Positions 47,684-57,010 of a stretch of 64,000 bases of DNA are shown here, piece by piece. The position numbers and the translations under genes were made by a program. Every line of letters begins with the position of its first letter. The first letter of the stretch is position 1. The notes beneath the pieces were generated by a model. It was not told the DNA's origin. It saw only the letters and a program-made list of their open reading frames with translations, and did no database searches. Source of the stretch: Candidatus Methanomethylicia archaeon (GTDB lineage Archaea > Thermoproteota > Methanomethylicia > Nezhaarchaeales > B40-G2). The stretch spans positions 1 to 64,000 of the forward strand of contig JAPDJI010000006.1 in the NCBI GenBank assembly GCA_029259155.1, in the 5' to 3' direction.

Positions 47684-48331
47684 TTGTTCGTGGTCATAGC
47701 TGGCGGCGGTGGTGTTGGTAAAGCTCTGGCTAAGAGGCTTATTGAGAGAGGGGAGAGGGTCGTCGTAGTGGACAAGGACCCCTCGACGTGCTCTATGCTT
47801 CGAGAGGAGCTGGGCGTCGAGGTGGTAGAGGGCGATGCTACCAACATGAACGTCCTCCAGCGCGCTGGCGTCGAACACTGTGACGCCCTCTTCGCCCTAG
47901 TTGGCCAGGGCAACATCAACGTCATGATAGCGTTGGCTGCCACTGTCTGTGGCTGTAAGGCTGGGAGGGTTGTAGTGAGGGTGGACAACGACCGCTACCT
48001 TGAAGTGTGTAGCATGCTCGGCTTGAAGGAGGTCGTGAACCCAGCTAAATCGGTGGCCGTAGTGGTGTCCGAGATGGTTAGAGGTGTCAAGCTAACCACG
48101 TTGGCGGAGATGTACTACAAGGGTTACATCGACGTAGAGAGCGTAAAGGCAGAGGATGAACAGTATCTACAGGCCCTCGTAACTAAGATTGCCCATATGG
48201 TAGGTCAAGAATGCCACCCTATCCTCGTGATAAGGAACAGTAAGATCATGCTTCCTGAGCCTAACCTCAAGCTCAAGGCAGGGGATGAGGTAGTTCTCAT
48301 AAAGCGGAGGAGTTTGATGTGCGCGTCGTGA
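47684..48331 (+). CDS. trkA: TrkA/KtrA-family RCK protein
   Basis: VIAGGGGVG, GDAT...L..AG, VVNPA, P.P...LKAGD. Confidence 0.88.
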   Translation: MFVVIAGGGGVGKALAKRLIERGERVVVVDKDPSTCSMLREELGVEVVEGDATNMNVLQRAGVEHCDALFALVGQGNINVMIALAATVCGCKAGRVVVRVDNDRYLEVCSMLGLKEVVNPAKSVAVVVSEMVRGVKLTTLAEMYYKGYIDVESVKAEDEQYLQALVTKIAHMVGQECHPILVIRNSKIMLPEPNLKLKAGDEVVLIKRRSLMCAS

Positions 48332-48945
48332 TAGCTGGAGGAGGAGATCTCGGGGAGTCGGTCGCCAGGATCTTAAAAATTCAAGGCGTACACGTCACCA
48401 TAGTAGATCGAAGTAGGAAAACTTGTGAGAAGCTTGCTAAAAGGCTAGATGTGGACTTTGTTGAAGGAGATGTCAGTGACCCATTAACGCTGGAAGAGGC
48501 GAGAATTGAGGAGGCTTCGGCTTTCCTAGCTTTAACGGGCGATGACTCCATTAACACTATCTCCTCGCTCATAGCTAAGCGATACGGAGTTCCAAGAATA
48601 ATAGCTAGAATAGAAGACTCGAGCTATGCTCGCGTATGTGAGGCTAATGGGGTGGAGGTCGTCAGCTTCGTTGAATCAGCCTCTATGATGTTGGAGGCCA
48701 TATTGTATCACAATAAGCTGATCGAACTAACCTCATTAATAGAGGAGGAGGGGTTGGACATAGAGCGCATAGATTACCACGGTAAAACAGGGGAGTTAAA
48801 AATTAAGCATAATGACGCCTACCCAATTATGGTGGTGAGGGGCGGCGAAGTCTTCCTGCCCAATCCAGGGCTTAAGCTTAAAGATGGTGACAGAATATTC
48901 ATCATAAAAAGGCGTAAGAAGCTCTTCTACATACCTGAGCTTTAA
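48319..48945 (+). CDS. trkA: TrkA/KtrA-family RCK protein
   Basis: VIAGGGDLG, GDVSDP..LEEA, ALTGDD..N, PNP..KLKDGD. Confidence 0.88.
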   Translation: MRVVIAGGGDLGESVARILKIQGVHVTIVDRSRKTCEKLAKRLDVDFVEGDVSDPLTLEEARIEEASAFLALTGDDSINTISSLIAKRYGVPRIIARIEDSSYARVCEANGVEVVSFVESASMMLEAILYHNKLIELTSLIEEEGLDIERIDYHGKTGELKIKHNDAYPIMVVRGGEVFLPNPGLKLKDGDRIFIIKRRKKLFYIPEL

Positions 48946-50387
48946 AGCACTATACCTGTCGAGAAGTAAAGAGCTGTGCCTATGAGGATGACGATGAACC
49001 ATAGGAGAAGATCTAAGAACCTTTTACGCCTCGTTAACCCAGGCCTTCTGGTCAGCTGTGACGGATAAATAGTTATGTTTAGCCTCTTGGCCACTAAGAA
49101 GGAGATCATGGATGCTATCAGCATAGGTGCGAATAAGCTGAAGTTACTGCATGTTTCACATAGGAGTAGGATAGTAGACATGGGTACTCTACCGGCAGCG
49201 GCGTAGAGCGCAGCCATCCCAGCGACTATGTAGGCAACATGCGCCCCTGACCTAACTATGAATTCAGGAAATAGCGCATCGAGAGCTAATGCGTAAGCTC
49301 CACCTATCATCGCTCCGCAGAAAAGCGAAGGTACTATTACACCTCCAGCTCCAGCGCTAGCTATGGAAAAAGTGCTAGCCAAGATTTTTCCGAAGTATAA
49401 AAGGAGGAAAACCCATATCAGAAGGTGGCCAAAGCTATTAAAGAGCTCCGTGAAATCTATGGTTTCCTGTATTACCCAGTAGCCCATTCCCCATAAATAG
49501 AGCTCCCCTAGCATTAAAAGCCCTAACAACACGACGAGGCCGTCGAGCAGTCCTCCAATAGCTGGCCTTAAAGGTCTAGGTATTTTAGAGTCTCTAATCG
49601 GGTAATGGAAGGCATAGAATATTTTAGTCCATAGAGCAGCTGCAATAACCGATACAAGCCCCAGCAACGCCATGCCTGCGACGTGAAATAAGCTGTAAGC
49701 TACGTTGGGGTTCAGTATTAACATGTCATGGAACTTTGGAAAAGTTACGAGAGGCTCTGAGCCTAAAAGGGAGTTGAACAGCAGAAAACCTACTACCGAA
49801 GATATCAGGGCTGACGGTAAAGCTTCCACCTCGACGTCTTCAGAGTATAGGACCTCGCTAGCAAAGATCCCCCCACCGAGGGGGGCACTGAAGATTCCTC
49901 CTAAAGCCCCTGCAGCTCCACAGATAGCCACTATCTTAGCGTCTCTACGCGTAAACTTCATGAACCTCCCAAGCCATGTTTTCTTAAAGAAGAGGTTGAT
50001 GGCTGCGGCGACGGCGCTGCCTGAATATGCCATAGGACATTCTCTGCCAGCGCTGCCACCTGTACCTATGGTTAGGGAGGCGGTCAAGATTTTCAATACC
50101 CCTTTGCCCGGGTTTGTATACCCATGATGTAGGTGGACGAGCTCTATCATGCCATCGGTGGAGCATGGAATGTAGAATGCATCTTTGTCTAGAAGGTAAT
50201 TAAGTAAGCCTACGGCTAAACCGCCTGCAAAAGGTATGAGGGCTACCATAAACAATAAGCCTTGACTACGAGCTTGATTGACGAGATCTAAGAAGAACTC
50301 TATGGAGAACTTCAAGGAAACAGTAAAGGCTATGCCTGCGATTCCACCGAGAAGTCCTGAAAGGAGGCCAAAGATCACCCATTTCAT
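48942..50387 (-). CDS. ClC-family chloride channel/transporter without CBS domains
   Basis: TIGTGGSAGRECP, GAAGALGGIFSAPLGG, GAGGVIVPSL, IYPSQ. Confidence 0.9.
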   Translation of the reverse strand: MKWVIFGLLSGLLGGIAGIAFTVSLKFSIEFFLDLVNQARSQGLLFMVALIPFAGGLAVGLLNYLLDKDAFYIPCSTDGMIELVHLHHGYTNPGKGVLKILTASLTIGTGGSAGRECPMAYSGSAVAAAINLFFKKTWLGRFMKFTRRDAKIVAICGAAGALGGIFSAPLGGGIFASEVLYSEDVEVEALPSALISSVVGFLLFNSLLGSEPLVTFPKFHDMLILNPNVAYSLFHVAGMALLGLVSVIAAALWTKIFYAFHYPIRDSKIPRPLRPAIGGLLDGLVVLLGLLMLGELYLWGMGYWVIQETIDFTELFNSFGHLLIWVFLLLYFGKILASTFSIASAGAGGVIVPSLFCGAMIGGAYALALDALFPEFIVRSGAHVAYIVAGMAALYAAAGRVPMSTILLLCETCSNFSLFAPMLIASMISFLVAKRLNITIYPSQLTRRPGLTRRKRFLDLLLWFIVILIGTALYFSTGIVL

Positions 50388-50649
50388 AATTCTATTACTT
50401 AATATTTCATGTACATTTAGGATCGTTGAGAGGCCACCCCGGAACTCTCATTTCCCTATAGTTAGGACTATCTCCCCCCTGTGATGGCAACTTATGAATA
50501 AACTTTTTGCTGTTTTTTCAAGGTAGCGTAGGGCGAGTGAAAACTACGACGACTTAAGTACTATTGCTGTTGAGAAATGTAGCGCTGTGTCTATTATGGT
50601 GACAGCGAACAACATAAGATGGTCGTCCTGAAACTTTGGGGAGATGTGG

Positions 50650-51786
50650 CTAAGACCCGCCGCTTAACTTGAAGAAGTTTAAAATGGTCTTTGCAGCTAT
50701 TCTTGCACCGTTCAAGACGTCTGCGACTTTAACGTACTCGTCTTTAACGTGCGCCTGCCCCCTGGTCATGGTACCTATAGACACTATAGGCACATTGAAC
50801 AGCCTGTGAAGTTGAGCTGCATCTATCCAACCTTTAGCCACGGTTGGCCAAGCCTTAAAGCCTTCGTCTTTAGCTGCTTCCAAGGCAGCCTTCGCTATGG
50901 GGCTTGACGGCTCAATCACGTAGCCTTTCAGCCCGCCCTTTAGCCTGACCTTAAAACCATGTTTAAGTGCTCTATTTGCCACCTCTAGCACGCGCCTTAC
51001 GGCATCTTTAGGGCTTAAGGTAGGTAGGAGCCTAAAGTTCACGTTCATGTAACATGAGTCAGGTACCATGGTGGGCCACTCACCTCCCTTAATGACTGTG
51101 ACGGTAACGTTCTCGACGACCGGTAGAGGTCTTTCCATCCGCTGTAAAATTCTTGGGGATCGTAGCTCGCTGATAAGGTCGTAGGCCCTATAGATGGCGT
51201 TGACTCCAAGCTCAGGCTCTGAGGAATGATAAGCCTTACCTTCCACTATCACCTCCACGTTAGCTATACCTCTACATCCTATCACTACTTCACATTGTCT
51301 GTCTTCAGCATCTATATAATGGTCTAGGCATATGCCAGCGTCGACGTCCACCTTGTCCTTCAACCCTCTCCTCGCCCTCACCTTACCTCCTCCCTCTTCC
51401 CTCGATGTGAAGAGAAGCACAAGCCTCCCGGGGAGGTGCTGAGTAACGAGCGCCTTGGCTATGGTCAACATCGCCGCCACTCCTGCCTTATTGTCTGAGG
51501 CCCCTCTACCGTACACCTTACCTTCTCTAAGCATACCTGAGTAGGGATCTATGGTCCATCCGTTTCCCGGCGGGACCGTGTCAAGGTGAGCGTTTAGTAA
51601 GACCCTGCGTTTTCCGCTACCTAGCTCGGCTATGACGTTGAAGTAGCCATCTACCTCGGCTCTCAGCCCCATCTCCTGTAGCTTAGAAACTACTAGCTTC
51701 GCAACTTTTTCTTCTCCTCTAGGAGGGCTTGGAATCTTAACTAGTTCCTGAAGGGTTTTAACCAAGTAATCTGAGTCCAGCTCCAT
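50650..51786 (-). CDS. M20 family metallopeptidase/deacylase (ArgE/DapE-like)
   Basis: NAHLDTVP, GRGASDNKAG, SREE, GKAYHSS.P..GVNAI, AH..DEY. Confidence 0.9.
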   Translation of the reverse strand: MELDSDYLVKTLQELVKIPSPPRGEEKVAKLVVSKLQEMGLRAEVDGYFNVIAELGSGKRRVLLNAHLDTVPPGNGWTIDPYSGMLREGKVYGRGASDNKAGVAAMLTIAKALVTQHLPGRLVLLFTSREEGGGKVRARRGLKDKVDVDAGICLDHYIDAEDRQCEVVIGCRGIANVEVIVEGKAYHSSEPELGVNAIYRAYDLISELRSPRILQRMERPLPVVENVTVTVIKGGEWPTMVPDSCYMNVNFRLLPTLSPKDAVRRVLEVANRALKHGFKVRLKGGLKGYVIEPSSPIAKAALEAAKDEGFKAWPTVAKGWIDAAQLHRLFNVPIVSIGTMTRGQAHVKDEYVKVADVLNGARIAAKTILNFFKLSGGS

Positions 51787-51825
51787 ACAGGAGCCTTTTA
51801 TACTGCTAGCTTCTTAAAGCCTATT

Positions 51826-52170
51826 GTGGACGTAGAAGCTAAGATTTTAGGGGCGAAGGCAGCGGAGAAGTCTCTAAATCGTTATGGGGCCCTTCTCGAA
51901 GGAGTTGCTGTCTACCTTAGCGACTGCTGTCTTGACGGTAAACCCTACGCTGAAATATACGTCTTCCTTGAAGAACTTCCTATCGAAGAGGAGGATATAG
52001 CCTCAGAGATTCTAGCCTCAATTAAGGAAGGTGAGTGTGCAGGCGTATCAGTGTTTGTCTTCACTTTAAGCGAAGTTGAGCGTAGAAGAGGCAGCCTAAT
52101 AGAGGCGTTGAAGGTCTCCCACATAGCTTACGACAGGTCTGGTAGAATTAAGCGCCTCTTGGAAACCTAG
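51826..52170 (+). CDS. Hypothetical protein with degenerate minimal-nucleotidyltransferase-like fold
   Basis: VFVFTLSEV.....LIEAL....IAYD pattern of MNT C-termini; no GS/DxD motif. Confidence 0.45.
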   Translation: MDVEAKILGAKAAEKSLNRYGALLEGVAVYLSDCCLDGKPYAEIYVFLEELPIEEEDIASEILASIKEGECAGVSVFVFTLSEVERRRGSLIEALKVSHIAYDRSGRIKRLLET

Positions 52171-52237
52171 AAGTCAAGGTAACGTACTTTCCCTACGTTA
52201 TAGATGGGTCTTAAAGGCGTGCCTCAAGCATGGTATG

Positions 52238-53665
52238 TCATAGCCTTTCCCAAAGCTCCGAGGTGAATAGAGCTAGGATAGGTAGCAGTTCTAAGCGTCC
52301 AACCCACATACACCAGACCAAGGCCAGCTTCGAAGTAGCGTTAAGGCTGAAAAGATCCAAGTACGCTGGTCCGACACCGCCCTCCGCTGATAAAGTGGCT
52401 GATAGAGCTGATGTGAAGGGTATGCCTTGGGCTGTTATGATAAGTGTAGAGACAAAAGCTACGGCCAAGTAGATGAAGAAGAAGCTAGCTACTCTTAACG
52501 CGTCTTCAACGTTCATGATCCTTCCTCCGACTTTGAGAGGTTTAATGGACTTTGGAGGAAGCATGGTTTTATGTACTTCATGTGACGCTAGCTTGAAGAG
52601 CACTATCATCCTCGCCACCTTGATAGCTCCAGCGGTGGAGCATAGCGATCCACCTACGACCATCAATATCATCAATATCCACTTAGACGCCTCGGGAAGA
52701 GAATTAACATCCATGCTGGTGAAACCGGTTGTCGTAGCTATGGAAACTGTCTGAAATACACCTAGCCTAAATGCATGTAGTGTACTAACGTTTAGATGAA
52801 GAACTATATCGAGGGAGACTATGATCGAAGCTACGGCTATAATCATTAACATTACCTTAAGCTCCAGGTTCCTCCAAACCTCATCGTTCCTCCCTTTAAG
52901 TAGATAGAGGTGGACGTGGAAGTTGGTGGCCCCTATAATCATGAACACCACTAGTACGCTCTCTACCCAGGGGTTATGAAACCCCTCTATATTAAGTGTC
53001 TTTGTTGAAAATCCTCCAGTGGCCAACGTGGTAAAGGAGTGGCATAGAGCGTCGAAGCCCGAGAGGCCTAGGTAAGTCAGCAAAATAGCGCACAGGAAGG
53101 TGTAAAGCGTGTATATTAGCCAAAGATCCTTAACCGTGTCCCATGCCCTAATCGTAAGTTTCTCCTCTCTAGCTTCAGCTACGTAAAGCCTCCAAACTCC
53201 AATTCCACGTGGAGTCATAAAGAGGATGAAGAACAATACGATTCCAAGCCCTCCAAGCCATTGAGTTAAGGCCCTCCAGAAGAGTAAGCTATGAGGGACA
53301 TCTTCAAGATTGCTCAGTAAGGTCATGCCAGTAGCCGTAAACCCAGACATGGCTTCAAAGAAAGCGTCCAGGGGTGCCATGTCATGTAGGTATGGAAGAG
53401 AGCCAATACCTGTTATCAGGAGCCAACCCATTGCTGAGAAGAACAAGGCCTGAGCTGGATTGATCTCGTCAGGGATGGGTAGCTTCGCGCTAAAGAAACC
53501 GCCTACAATCATGAGGGGGAGAGCTACTGAAAGCAGCTCTTCAAGAACCATCCACTCCTCATAGATTACAGCTACAAGACTAGGGGCTAAGAGCACGAGC
53601 CCAAGCAACAATGTGAGCCTCGCGAAGAGAGCAGGTAGTGCCAGTTTCTTCAATCCTGACACCAA
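52238..53665 (-). CDS. trkH: Trk potassium uptake membrane protein
   Basis: FEAMSGFTATG, TQWLGGLG, TLATGGFS, TTTGF, STAGAIK, GRLE. Confidence 0.93.
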   Translation of the reverse strand: MVSGLKKLALPALFARLTLLLGLVLLAPSLVAVIYEEWMVLEELLSVALPLMIVGGFFSAKLPIPDEINPAQALFFSAMGWLLITGIGSLPYLHDMAPLDAFFEAMSGFTATGMTLLSNLEDVPHSLLFWRALTQWLGGLGIVLFFILFMTPRGIGVWRLYVAEAREEKLTIRAWDTVKDLWLIYTLYTFLCAILLTYLGLSGFDALCHSFTTLATGGFSTKTLNIEGFHNPWVESVLVVFMIIGATNFHVHLYLLKGRNDEVWRNLELKVMLMIIAVASIIVSLDIVLHLNVSTLHAFRLGVFQTVSIATTTGFTSMDVNSLPEASKWILMILMVVGGSLCSTAGAIKVARMIVLFKLASHEVHKTMLPPKSIKPLKVGGRIMNVEDALRVASFFFIYLAVAFVSTLIITAQGIPFTSALSATLSAEGGVGPAYLDLFSLNATSKLALVWCMWVGRLELLPILALFTSELWERL

Positions 53666-53822
53666 GTTTGACGAGGCATGGGGATATTAACCGTCGGTTT
53701 AAGCTTTTTGCTATTCACGTACCCATGAACAAGTAAAAGATATAAGTAGAATGCCACGCTTCCCTTTTGCCTTAGAGAGGCTTCAACGCCGCGTGGATGG
53801 CTGAGGGGGAAGGTGCGTAGCG

Positions 53823-54089
53823 GTGTCGGCAGAGGCCGGCGAGATCCTGATAGGTAGGAAGCCTGCAGCAAGCTACATACAGGCGATCCTAACCGCGGCC
53901 GCTAGAGGAATCAGTGAAGTAGTGTTGAAGGCTAGAGGCAGGAACATTAGCAAGGCAGTAGACGTCAGCCAACTTGCCCTAAGAGTAGTGTTAAAGGACT
54001 TTGAAGTCTACGATGTGAAAGTAGGCTCTGAGGAAGTTACTGGCGGCCGCAGAGTGTCAACCATAGAGATAAGGATGAGGAAGAAGTAG
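53823..54089 (+). CDS. albA: DNA/RNA-binding protein Alba
   Basis: ILIGRKP..Y, LKARGRNISKAVDV, VSTIEI. Confidence 0.93.
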   Translation: MSAEAGEILIGRKPAASYIQAILTAAARGISEVVLKARGRNISKAVDVSQLALRVVLKDFEVYDVKVGSEEVTGGRRVSTIEIRMRKK

Positions 54090-54167
54090 ACGGTGAACCA
54101 CAACCAACCCATCTTTTTCTTATAGGTACTATAAGATTAATTAAACTCCTTTAGACTAAATCGTAGG

Positions 54168-54512
54168 GTGTTAAGGTTGTCTCAATATGATATTATGGTG
54201 ACAACTACAGAGAAGGTCCCCGGCTTCGAAGTAGAAAAGGTTATCGGGCTGGTATGGGGGTCCTCCATAAAGGCTAGGCACGTAGGCAAGGACATTAAGA
54301 TGGCTTTAAAACACATCGTGGGCGGCGAACTTACGGATTACGCCGAGATGATGGAGGATGCAAGGCGGACAGCGCTTAGCCGCATGTTGGAGCATGCTAG
54401 ACAGCTTGGAGCTGATGCGGTTATAAACATTAGGATGACCACGTCGATGGTTATGTCCGGGGCCGCTGAGATCATAATTTACGGCACTGCTGTGAAGCTC
54501 AAGAAAACTTAG
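54168..54512 (+). CDS. YbjQ/UPF0145 family protein
   Basis: G.DI...LK.IVGGEL..Y, LGADAVINIR, EIIIYGTAV. Confidence 0.9.
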   Translation: MLRLSQYDIMVTTTEKVPGFEVEKVIGLVWGSSIKARHVGKDIKMALKHIVGGELTDYAEMMEDARRTALSRMLEHARQLGADAVINIRMTTSMVMSGAAEIIIYGTAVKLKKT

Positions 54513-55170
54513 TTCTGAGTATTAATACCTTGCCGAGGTCGGTTAACCTATAGCTTTTATCAAGAGTAAGCTCCACTAATCCTCTATCTTCAAGCGCGGA
54601 GAGCGTATTTGAGAGTTCTTCCACGCTCTTTCCTTTCATCTGGGCTATTTCTCTTAACTTGAGCTCTCTCTGCCTTAGAATTTTTAGAAGTTCCAGCTCT
54701 TCGTGGCTGAGGGCATGTAGGAGGGGCTTCACGTTGAACATAGCTCTATGTAAAGGATATAGCATAGCTGAGTATGAGAACGCAGAGGCGGCGTAGAGGC
54801 TGTACGATAAGGGAGGCTCGATGGGGATATGTATGAAGAGGATGAGGAACGCTAGTAGCGCTAACCCCATGGCCACTGCCTTAGCTTTGTTTTCCTTAGC
54901 TCCGAAAAGCTTGTTGTAGAGGGCTCCTAGCAGGACACCAACCACTATTAAGGTTAAGGGCAGGAAGATAACGATGGATGACACTATCAAAACCCAAGAG
55001 TGGAGAGTCGGTTCAATGGCTTCGAGGCCTACGGAGCTTAGAGCCTCATAGAGCCTCTCCGGGCTATGGACTAGGACAAAAAGTGTAGCTGAGGTGAGGA
55101 TGAATATGCATGGAAGGATGGCTATGAAACCTGCCTTAGCCCCAGCATTTGTGGTCAAGTTAAGCTTCAC
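54499..55170 (-). CDS. Membrane protein with C-terminal winged-helix domain
   Basis: About 4 TM then LREIAQ...LSALEDRGLVE...YRLTDLG; follows the ABC-2 genes. Confidence 0.78.
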   Translation of the reverse strand: MKLNLTTNAGAKAGFIAILPCIFILTSATLFVLVHSPERLYEALSSVGLEAIEPTLHSWVLIVSSIVIFLPLTLIVVGVLLGALYNKLFGAKENKAKAVAMGLALLAFLILFIHIPIEPPLSYSLYAASAFSYSAMLYPLHRAMFNVKPLLHALSHEELELLKILRQRELKLREIAQMKGKSVEELSNTLSALEDRGLVELTLDKSYRLTDLGKVLILRTKFS

Positions 55171-55915
55171 ACCTCCTGAACAAGTAGGCGCCTAAAAGCA
55201 GGGTGAAGGTACATAGCACGGTTAACACGATGAGGTTTACGATTAATGGAAGCGCCCCTTGACCAATAAGTGCTCCTCTCAATCCGTCTACAGCATAAGT
55301 TAAAGGATCGAGATAAATTATCCACTTCATCCATGTAGGCGCGCTCTCTAAGGGGAAGAAGGCGGTGGAGAGGAGGATCATGGGCATGATCAACAGGTTC
55401 ATTATCAAACTAAATCCTTCAAAGTCGCTTAGTCTAGATGCTATTATTAACCCTATTCCTACGGCGAAGAAGGAGGTCAACAGCATGAATAGGAGGCCAA
55501 GCGTCAGCCCTAAGGCATTAATCTTAACCCCCATGAGGGCGCTTACGGTTAATATAGCCAAGCCTTGAAACATCGCTACTGTAGATCCTCCAAGCGTTTT
55601 CCCCACCACTATGGAAAGCCTGCTTACAGGTGCAACTAAGACTTCCTTCAAGAACCCGAATTGTCGATCCCAGATTATCAAAACTCCTGAAAACATGGAT
55701 GAAAAGGCGACCGCTACGACAATCATTCCGGGCGCCAGGAAATCTAGGTAACGGATTCCCTCCCTAAAACCGGGAAACCTAGCAGCGCTTAATCCGAAAC
55801 CTAAGATCACTAAGAAAAGTAGTGGCTGCATAAGGTTGGCTACAAGCCTACTTCGTGCTCTTATCAGCCGCTTAATTTCCCTAAGCCACAACACGTAGAC
55901 GGCTTGTAAGTTCAA
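55160..55915 (-). CDS. ABC-2 type exporter permease (DrrB-like)
   Basis: FLAPG, DRQFGFLKEVLVAPVSR, PLTYAVDGLR. Confidence 0.92.
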   Translation of the reverse strand: MNLQAVYVLWLREIKRLIRARSRLVANLMQPLLFLVILGFGLSAARFPGFREGIRYLDFLAPGMIVVAVAFSSMFSGVLIIWDRQFGFLKEVLVAPVSRLSIVVGKTLGGSTVAMFQGLAILTVSALMGVKINALGLTLGLLFMLLTSFFAVGIGLIIASRLSDFEGFSLIMNLLIMPMILLSTAFFPLESAPTWMKWIIYLDPLTYAVDGLRGALIGQGALPLIVNLIVLTVLCTFTLLLGAYLFRRCEA

Positions 55916-55918
55916 TCC

Positions 55919-56893
55919 TCAATGCCTCCACGGCTTCCCTTGCCTTTCAGCTCTCTCTTCCAAAGGAACCTTACCCGTCAAATGTATGAACACGTCTTCG
56001 AGCGTAGGTCTACGTAAACTCACCGCCTCAACCTCAATAGCCATCTGCTCCGCCAACTTAACCACTTTAGGGACTTTCCCCTCCCCCTTCTCTACGTATA
56101 TGCTTAGATGTTTACCATCCGTCAGCTTCACGTCCTTAACCCAGCCCTCCTTCGCTAGAACCTCGGCCAGTTCTCGTGCTCTAGCGCAACTTAGAGTTAT
56201 AACGTCCTTCCCCATCAAATCCTTCAGGTTAGAAGGCGTGTCCGAAGCTATTATCCTACCTCGATCAATGATAGCTACCCTTCTGGCGAGAAACTCGGCT
56301 TCTTCTAAGTAGTGGGTGGTCAGAAACATGGTTACACCTTCATCACGGTTAAGCTTCAACACATAGTCCCATATAATCCTCCTAGACTGGACGTCAAGAC
56401 CTAGCGTAGGCTCATCGAGGAAGAGCACTTTAGGGTAATGCATTAAGCCTCTAGCTAATTCAAGCCTCCGCTTCATACCTCCAGAGTAGTTCCTAACGAG
56501 CTCGTCCGCCCTATCAAGTAGGCCGACAAGCTCCAAAACCTCTCTTATACGTTGAGCTCTACGTTTCCTCTCTATTCCGTACATCCTGGCGTGGAAGTCG
56601 AGATTCTCACGGCCGGTAAGCCTATCATCTAGAGCAGGCTCCTGAAACACTACGCCTATCACTCGCCTCACTTCATCGGGCTGCTTTACCACGTCGAAGC
56701 CACAGATCTTAGCTGTGCCCGACGTAGGTCTTAGAAGGGTGGAGAGTATTCTAACTGTGGTTGTCTTGCCTGCGCCGTTAGGTCCTAGGAAGCCAAAGAT
56801 CTCTCCTTCCTTGACCGTGAAGGATACATGGTCTATCGCGACTACTCTCCCATTAAAAACCTTTGTCAGCTCATCGGCCTCGATAGCTGTCAA
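55919..56893 (-). CDS. ABC exporter ATP-binding protein (DrrA-like)
   Basis: GPNGAGKTT, YSGGMKRRLE, LDEPTLGLD, PTLEDVF. Confidence 0.95.
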   Translation of the reverse strand: MTAIEADELTKVFNGRVVAIDHVSFTVKEGEIFGFLGPNGAGKTTTVRILSTLLRPTSGTAKICGFDVVKQPDEVRRVIGVVFQEPALDDRLTGRENLDFHARMYGIERKRRAQRIREVLELVGLLDRADELVRNYSGGMKRRLELARGLMHYPKVLFLDEPTLGLDVQSRRIIWDYVLKLNRDEGVTMFLTTHYLEEAEFLARRVAIIDRGRIIASDTPSNLKDLMGKDVITLSCARARELAEVLAKEGWVKDVKLTDGKHLSIYVEKGEGKVPKVVKLAEQMAIEVEAVSLRRPTLEDVFIHLTGKVPLEERAERQGKPWRH

Positions 56894-57010
56894 ACTTCTA
56901 CACCTTCTTAAACGTCCTTACGTTCTTGTCACGTTTTTCTTCTCTAGAGCTCTCCTTAGGCTGCTTCATCTTAATATTAATGTTTCCTCACCTATTTTTG
57001 GCTGGTTGCC

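Noticed and set aside
28418-52170. HEPN-like (28418) and MNT-like (51826) genes as a toxin-antitoxin pair
   Set aside because: They are 23 kb apart and both lack their catalytic motifs
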